From the NCBI GenBank assembly GCA_958448705.1, contig CAUDEY010000003.1, positions 76,518-140,517 on the forward strand: a DNA stretch of 64,000 nt. Reading direction: 5' to 3'. The position numbers and the translations under genes were made by a program. Position 1 is the stretch's first letter. Each line of letters opens with the position of its first letter. The notes below the pieces were generated by a model. The model saw only the letters and a program-made list of their open reading frames with translations. It was not told the DNA's origin and did not search any database. Origin of the DNA: an uncultured Clostridia bacterium (GTDB taxonomy: Bacteria; Bacillota; Clostridia; Christensenellales; QALW01). This document shows, piece after piece, positions 59,059-64,000 of the stretch.

Positions 59059-60303
59059 CTACCCCAGAATATTATATTTAAAAACATCATTGCCGGAGGT
59101 ATCGCTTTTATCCTCCCATACCACCAAGGTGCCAAAAGCCTGCGGCAAAATAGAACTTCGGCCCGATTCCGAAACCTGAACCAAGATATCCGATTCATAA
59201 TAATACGCGTAAATAATCTGGTTCGATGCAAAAACAATAAAATCGTCTCCCACAGCATATTGCGTAACATTTCTCCAATACCTTACCGGTTCCCCCCGTC
59301 CATCTTTATATGCATAGTATAGGCTGGAATCCGGTGCATTGTTTTTATCGATCCAAACAAACACATCATCGTTACACATGGGATTATGGACATAAGTACC
59401 AGGTGAAAAAATTTCCGGCTCCAGTATTCCCGAATCCTCTTCTGGTTCATAATCATCGTCGCTGTCCACTGTACCTAAATCCTCAAAAATTACGTTATAG
59501 ATAGCACTTACCGAGTCATCCTCCGGTCTTTCAGGATCCCGTTCTGCCCAAATGACGGTATTTTTATAAATGTACGGCGTACTTACCGCATAATTGGTTT
59601 GGTCAAACATCTGCAGCGCCATATTCTCATCCGTAGTTAAATCCACAAAATACAGCTTGTCTTCACTGGCACTCACCTGCTCCATCCAAATCAAATAATC
59701 GCCGTAGAGTCCCAGCTTAGGCATATGGTTTTCTGCTTCCTGCACCACGGATATCGTATTGGCTTTAATCTCTTTGATATCCCTGCGGCTCATCTTATAG
59801 ATCACATTCTTGCCCTTATGGTCGGTATCCAGCCAAACAATCCAGTTTTCGGAAATATAGGTTTCATAAATTTCTCCGCCGCTCAGCTTGGACTCCGTTA
59901 TTTTTTTTGCCTCTCCGGTCACAGCATCAAACAGATACAGATTGGTAAGAATGGAACTGTCCAAGCTGCCTTTTCCGGCAGAAAATAACAGCTCATGCCC
60001 ATAAATACTGGGCTGATTTATTCTGCGCTCATCTATAACAATACTTTTTACATTATAAGACCGGTCCACAACTCCCACGGTGATCGGCTCCTGTGTCTGA
60101 GGAGTGCTCCAGGGAGCAATATCCGGCTCGGCCGTAAAATGTCCGCCGGCAGAAAGAATATTGAGGACAACCGCCGTAATCAGTAAAACAGCAGCGGCAC
60201 TGTAAACGAGCTTATTCCAAAACCGCTGTTTTTCAAGCAGAGCCGGATCCGCTTCATTCCGATACTTATGTTTTAATGCCGACTGCATTTTTGAAAATTT
60301 CAT
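59059..60303 (-). CDS. Membrane-anchored hypothetical protein with a beta-propeller-like ectodomain
   Basis: One TM helix (LVYSAAAVLLITAVVLNIL), then repeated ...(I/V)(V/I)W.(D/E)... strand motifs and an acidic linker. Coupled to ispDF (4-nt overlap) and to radA (2-nt gap). Confidence 0.6.
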   Translation of the reverse strand: MKFSKMQSALKHKYRNEADPALLEKQRFWNKLVYSAAAVLLITAVVLNILSAGGHFTAEPDIAPWSTPQTQEPITVGVVDRSYNVKSIVIDERRINQPSIYGHELLFSAGKGSLDSSILTNLYLFDAVTGEAKKITESKLSGGEIYETYISENWIVWLDTDHKGKNVIYKMSRRDIKEIKANTISVVQEAENHMPKLGLYGDYLIWMEQVSASEDKLYFVDLTTDENMALQMFDQTNYAVSTPYIYKNTVIWAERDPERPEDDSVSAIYNVIFEDLGTVDSDDDYEPEEDSGILEPEIFSPGTYVHNPMCNDDVFVWIDKNNAPDSSLYYAYKDGRGEPVRYWRNVTQYAVGDDFIVFASNQIIYAYYYESDILVQVSESGRSSILPQAFGTLVVWEDKSDTSGNDVFKYNILG

Positions 60304-61427
60304 TCCTCATCCTCCTTTACAAGCATAACGATACTTCGGGCTGAAATTCCTTCGCCCCGGCCTTCAAAGCCCAAATATTCCGTAGTAGTTGCCGCAATGT
60401 TCACTCTCTTTTCAGGCACATCTACGATACGGGCAATATTTTGAGCCATTTTTTTTAAATGTTCGCAAAGTTTGGGGCGCTGCGCAGATATCACCGCGCT
60501 GATATTTATAACCCCAAATCCATTTTCCCGCAAAAGCTGCATAACGTGATGCAAAAGCTCCATGCTGGAAATTCCCCGCCATCGTTCTTCCGTATCAGAA
60601 AAATATCTGCCGATATCCCCCAGCCCGGCAGCGCCCAGCAAAGCATCCATAACGGCATGTACCAAAACATCCGCATCAGAATGGCCATCCAGGCCCATTT
60701 GATAAGGAATTACTTCTCCTCCAAGTATCAATGGACGCCCTTGGGTCAGCCGGTGCACATCAAACCCGATACCGGAAAGAAAAAGCTCTCGCTTTCTTTT
60801 GACATCCACTGCCGTAGTAATTTTGATATTGTCATAGCTGCCCGGAACCAGCTGTACTTTGCCGCCCCAGGCTTCAAATACGGCTGCGTCATCGGTATAA
60901 CTTTGTTCCCCCGCAGCCAAATAGGCCTTGTAGATTTCCTCCAGCATAAAAGCCTGAGGCGTCTGTGCCAGCCACAGCTGCTCCCGCGGCGGTGTGTCGG
61001 CAACCATACGGTTTCCATCACAGCGCTTAACCGTATCCGTAACAGGAACCCCCGCAGCCGCTCCTTGGCCGGAGGCGGTTGCTTCAAGTACACGTGTAAT
61101 GATCTCCGCGGTAACAAACGGCCTTGCCGCATCATGGATCAGTACCACATCATATTTTTTTCTCACAGCCTTCAGCCCATTGAACACGGATTCACCGCGT
61201 GTACCGCCGCCGAGAACATAATCGACACGTTCACCTAATATACTTTTAATACGTTCTTTATCCTTTGGCGCACAGATGACGGTGACTCCCTCCACCAGCG
61301 GATGCTTTAAAAATACTTCCGCTGTTTTTTGGATCATAGGCTTTCCGTTTATACAAAAAAATATTTTATTTTCCCTCAATCCGGTCCGGCTGCCGGTGCC
61401 GGCCGCTGCAATCAGTACGCCCGCCAT
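60300..61427 (-). CDS. ispDF: Bifunctional IspD/IspF (MEP cytidylyltransferase / MEcPP synthase)
   Basis: N-terminal AAGTGSR(T/M)G IspD motif and a C-terminal IspF region (GIGFDVHRL...GHSDADVLVHAVMDALLGAAGLGDIG) in one 375-aa ORF. Confidence 0.93.
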   Translation of the reverse strand: MAGVLIAAAGTGSRTGLRENKIFFCINGKPMIQKTAEVFLKHPLVEGVTVICAPKDKERIKSILGERVDYVLGGGTRGESVFNGLKAVRKKYDVVLIHDAARPFVTAEIITRVLEATASGQGAAAGVPVTDTVKRCDGNRMVADTPPREQLWLAQTPQAFMLEEIYKAYLAAGEQSYTDDAAVFEAWGGKVQLVPGSYDNIKITTAVDVKRKRELFLSGIGFDVHRLTQGRPLILGGEVIPYQMGLDGHSDADVLVHAVMDALLGAAGLGDIGRYFSDTEERWRGISSMELLHHVMQLLRENGFGVINISAVISAQRPKLCEHLKKMAQNIARIVDVPEKRVNIAATTTEYLGFEGRGEGISARSIVMLVKEDEE

Positions 61428-61666
61428 CAGATCTCCTCAAACATCGGCTCTCCCGCCAGGCGAGCTTCCTTCTCCTCAGTATAAATTACTTTAAAAGAGA
61501 TCTGCTTTTCTCCGAACTGAATTTGTATGATATCGCCTTTTTTTACCTGATATCCCGCCTTGGCCGGTTTCTGATTGACCAAAACCCGTCCGGCATCGCA
61601 GGCATCATTGGAAACAGTGCGGCGTTTAATAATTCGTGATACCTTTAAATATTTATCAAGACGCAT
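61427..61666 (-). CDS. S4-domain RNA-binding protein (RqcP/YabO/Hsp15-like)
   Basis: Starts MRLDKYLKVSRIIKRRT. 79 aa. Closely parallels the B. subtilis YabO N-terminus as I recall it. Confidence 0.8.
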   Translation of the reverse strand: MRLDKYLKVSRIIKRRTVSNDACDAGRVLVNQKPAKAGYQVKKGDIIQIQFGEKQISFKVIYTEEKEARLAGEPMFEEI

Positions 61667-61750
61667 AAGTTTCTAACCCTCCATGTTTTTATTTTACCAT
61701 ATCCTGTTCTTTTTGAACAGAGATATTTTATACTGCAATTTTAAAGTTTT

Positions 61751-61759
61751 GTGATATAA
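61751..61759 (+). promoter_or_regulatory. Extended -10 element (TGaTATAAT) upstream of the CDF transporter gene
   Basis: TG at 61751-52 and TATAAT at 61754-59, leaving a 5' UTR of about 90 nt. Confidence 0.45.
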
Positions 61760-61857
61760 TAAAACACAATTCTTATTGCAAAAAAATCCAATGCCGTATT
61801 TTCTAAAAGCTGCTCCCGTTTCCGCAGCCAAAAGTAATAAAAAAGGAGCCATCTTCT

Positions 61858-63048
61858 ATGTTCAAATTTTTGCTTAAAATCTTTGTAAAAGATTATGAAA
61901 ATACCTCGGATAGTACCGTGCGCCAGCGATACGGTATGCTCAGCGGTATTTTAGGCATCGTGTGCAACCTTTTTTTATTCGCCCTGAAGCTGACAATTGG
62001 GCTTATCCTACATAGTGTAGCCGTAATTTCCGATGCCTTTAACAATTTATCCGACATGGGGTCTACAGTTATCTCCATCGCCGGCATCCGGCTCAGCAGT
62101 AAAAAGCCCGACCGGGATCACCCGTTCGGACACGGCCGCTTTGAATATATTTCCGCACTAATCGTAGCATTTATTATTATGCTTGTGGGTGTAGAGCTTT
62201 TTAAAACCTCAGCGGCAAAAATCGGCTCGTCTAATGCTCTTACCAGTTCCATAAGCTGGCTCAGTATAGGCTTTTTGTCTTTCTCCATTCCGATAAAACT
62301 GTTTATGTACGGCTACAACCGTTATTTCGGCAAAAAAATCGACTCCTCTGTTCTTTGCGCCACGGCTACTGATAGTTTAAACGACTGCATCGCCACCGGC
62401 GCAGTTATCCTTTCCACGATCATCGACAGTCTGCACCTTCTGCCGTTTGCCGTTGACGGGATTGTCGGCGCCCTCGTTTCTCTGATGATCCTTTACGCCG
62501 GCTTTTCCGTGGCGCGCGATACGATCGGCCTGCTGTTAGGAAAAGCTCCCGACAGCCAGCTGGTTGCCGATATCAGCCAGGCGATCAAATCCTCCCCTGA
62601 AATTCTCGATATCCACGATCTAATCGTGCATGATTATGGTCCGGGAAGGCTCTTTGCCTCCGTCCACGCCGAAGTCCCCGACAGTGCCGATATGGTAGCG
62701 GCCCACGAAGCAATAGACGCTGTTGAAAAACAGATTCTTCACCGTTTCGGATGCGAAATCACCATTCATTTAGATCCGGTCTCCCTCCACAATGAAAAGC
62801 TGGAGGCGGCAAAAGAATGTATCCGGAATGCTATTTCCTCCTTAGGACATACCTGGCACTTTCACGATGTCCGCATGACCGACGGCATTGAAAACATCAA
62901 TATTATTTTTGATATTGTCGTTCCGTACGAGACGCCCGCTGCCGAAACGGAAAAAGTTCTTGCCCAAATAAAAAAAGACTTGCTGCTTTTAGACCCGCGC
63001 TACACTGCCGTTATTCAAATCGACCGAGATCTCAGCAATTCTTTATAA
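61858..63048 (+). CDS. Cation diffusion facilitator family transporter
   Basis: 6 TM helices with HSVAVISDAFNNLSD (TM2) and a DSLND motif (TM5), plus a C-terminal cytoplasmic domain. Confidence 0.88.
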   Translation: MFKFLLKIFVKDYENTSDSTVRQRYGMLSGILGIVCNLFLFALKLTIGLILHSVAVISDAFNNLSDMGSTVISIAGIRLSSKKPDRDHPFGHGRFEYISALIVAFIIMLVGVELFKTSAAKIGSSNALTSSISWLSIGFLSFSIPIKLFMYGYNRYFGKKIDSSVLCATATDSLNDCIATGAVILSTIIDSLHLLPFAVDGIVGALVSLMILYAGFSVARDTIGLLLGKAPDSQLVADISQAIKSSPEILDIHDLIVHDYGPGRLFASVHAEVPDSADMVAAHEAIDAVEKQILHRFGCEITIHLDPVSLHNEKLEAAKECIRNAISSLGHTWHFHDVRMTDGIENINIIFDIVVPYETPAAETEKVLAQIKKDLLLLDPRYTAVIQIDRDLSNSL

Positions 63049-63130
63049 TATATGCTTATACGCACATATTAAAATATATTAAAAATTATTTTTACGGATT
63101 CTGCTTTTAGGAAACTATTTTTTTCAGAAT

Positions 63131-63178
63131 AAAACAGCAGTTCGGGGAAAATGGTTCCCCCGAACTGCTGTTCTTTTA
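63131..63178. terminator. Bidirectional terminator (CDF gene / tadA)
   Basis: 15-bp stem AACAGCAGTTCGGGG / CCCCGAACTGCTGTT, with A/T runs on both sides. Confidence 0.85.
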
Positions 63179-63661
63179 TCAAAAATGCTTTTCAATTGAT
63201 TTTTTTCTCTTTTCCTCAAAAAAAGACGATAGAATATCCGCACAATCCTTTTCCATTACCCCTCCAAGAATCCACGCACGGTGATTGAACCGCGGATCGC
63301 TGCATAAATGATACAGCGTCGTACAGCAGCCGGCCTTGGCGTCATATGCCCCGAAGACTACCCGTTCAATCCGGGAATTGAGGATTGCGCCGGCACACAT
63401 CGGGCACGGCTCCAGAGTAACATAAAGCGTACAGCCGGTAAGCCTCCATGAGTTCAACCGCCGGGCAGCGCGTCTAATAGCCAGCAATTCTGCATGTGCC
63501 GCAGGATCCCTTGTACTTTCACGCAAATTAAAGCCCCGGGCGATAACTTCATTTTCCTTTACCACTACTGCCCCTACGGGAACTTCTCCCCGCCGATATG
63601 CTGCCCTTGCTTGGCACAGGGCCTTTTCCATAAAATAATAATCGTCCCGATATTCCATCAT
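63179..63661 (-). CDS. tadA: tRNA adenosine(34) deaminase
   Basis: Zinc-binding motifs HAELLAI and PCPMCAGA. Confidence 0.93.
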   Translation of the reverse strand: MMEYRDDYYFMEKALCQARAAYRRGEVPVGAVVVKENEVIARGFNLRESTRDPAAHAELLAIRRAARRLNSWRLTGCTLYVTLEPCPMCAGAILNSRIERVVFGAYDAKAGCCTTLYHLCSDPRFNHRAWILGGVMEKDCADILSSFFEEKRKKSIEKHF

Positions 63662-64000
63662 TCGATCTCAGTATATTCCGCTGTCGGTGTTTGAACGGAC
63701 TGCGTCAGATCTCCTCTGCGGGCCTGCCATGCTAAAAGCGGCGGCACAAGGCAGCTCTGTTTCCAAAGCCGCGGCAAAGAAAGCTGCATATTCTCCTCTC
63801 CCATCAAAAGAGTAAACGCAGGTCTGTCAAAGCGGGAAATAAACCAATTAGAAAAGGATACGGCGGTACAAACATCAGGTGCAGGCCCGTTAGCAATCTT
63901 CCTGTACCCGGTAAGTGCCGCCAGTTCATCCGCACAGTATTCTGCCAACGCCAAACTGTCCTTCTGTCCAAAAAAACAATCAACCAAACCGCCGGGTCCG
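63658..64000 (-). CDS. Partial CDS (N-terminus outside the window), possibly M14-type peptidase-like C-terminal region
   Basis: The frame stays open to the window edge (…GPGGLVDCFFGQ…), so the TTG at 63987 is probably internal. The stop overlaps the tadA start. The family guess is weak. Confidence 0.35.
   Translation of the reverse strand, partial: GPGGLVDCFFGQKDSLALAEYCADELAALTGYRKIANGPAPDVCTAVSFSNWFISRFDRPAFTLLMGEENMQLSLPRLWKQSCLVPPLLAWQARRGDLTQSVQTPTAEYTEIE

Noticed and set aside
61704-61720. Palindrome CTGTTC-N5-GAACAG upstream of the rqcP-ispDF-radA operon, considered as an SOS (LexA/Cheo) box because radA is downstream.
   Set aside because: The Firmicute LexA box is GAAC-N4-GTTC. Here the half-sites are in the opposite order and the spacing differs, so it does not fit.

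Overview
The window looks like the origin-proximal chromosome of a Firmicutes/Clostridia-type anaerobe. Supporting signs are a perfect CIRCE element, strong GGAGG ribosome-binding sites with frequent TTG/GTG starts, the ECF-transporter module and an anaerobic class III ribonucleotide reductase. It is densely coding: about 60 CDS, with no rRNA, tRNA, CRISPR array, transposase, integrase or phage genes that I can see. The landmark is rpmH-rnpA-yidD-yidC-jag on the minus strand facing dnaA on the plus strand, with DnaA boxes and an AT-rich tract between them. The other recognisable genes are: a MarR-controlled heterodimeric ABC exporter; a cyclophilin lipoprotein; groES-groEL with CIRCE; a small glycan cluster (phosphoglycosyl transferase, GT-like protein, GDPD); dut-nrdG-nrdD; a Crp/Fnr regulator; thiamine pyrophosphokinase; an ECF-like sigma factor with a long C-terminal extension; an ECF S-component followed by coaX and htpG; glnS; a long minus-strand operon (TIM-barrel, ThiF/TcdA-like, SDR, prmA, rarA, ecfA1, ecfA2, ecfT, truA); a MarR plus fused MacB-type ATPase/FtsX permease; an SPFH plus ribbon-helix-helix pair; a DUF5711-like/CvpA/propeller-protein operon; rqcP-ispDF-(unknown)-radA-yacL followed by a secreted protein with tandem CBM-like repeats; a CDF transporter; and tadA. 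I do not see an obvious self-contained novel system such as a defence island, and most of the region is housekeeping. The leads most worth following are below. (1) The origin locus is stripped down: dnaA is coupled to a GT-C-like membrane protein instead of dnaN, and gene orientation to the right of dnaA is largely against the expected fork direction. (2) The sigma factor has an uncharacterised, non-membrane C-terminal domain and sits next to a hairpin-dense 0.5-kb non-coding tract. (3) A promoter followed by a terminator-like hairpin forms a leader upstream of the putative pantothenate transporter/coaX. (4) Membrane-anchored beta-propeller-like proteins recur inside otherwise conserved operons. 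(5) Three tightly coupled modules are poorly understood: SPFH-RHH, TIM-barrel/ThiF-like/SDR, and MarR/giant MacB-like. All functional calls come from reading motifs by eye. No database search was run.
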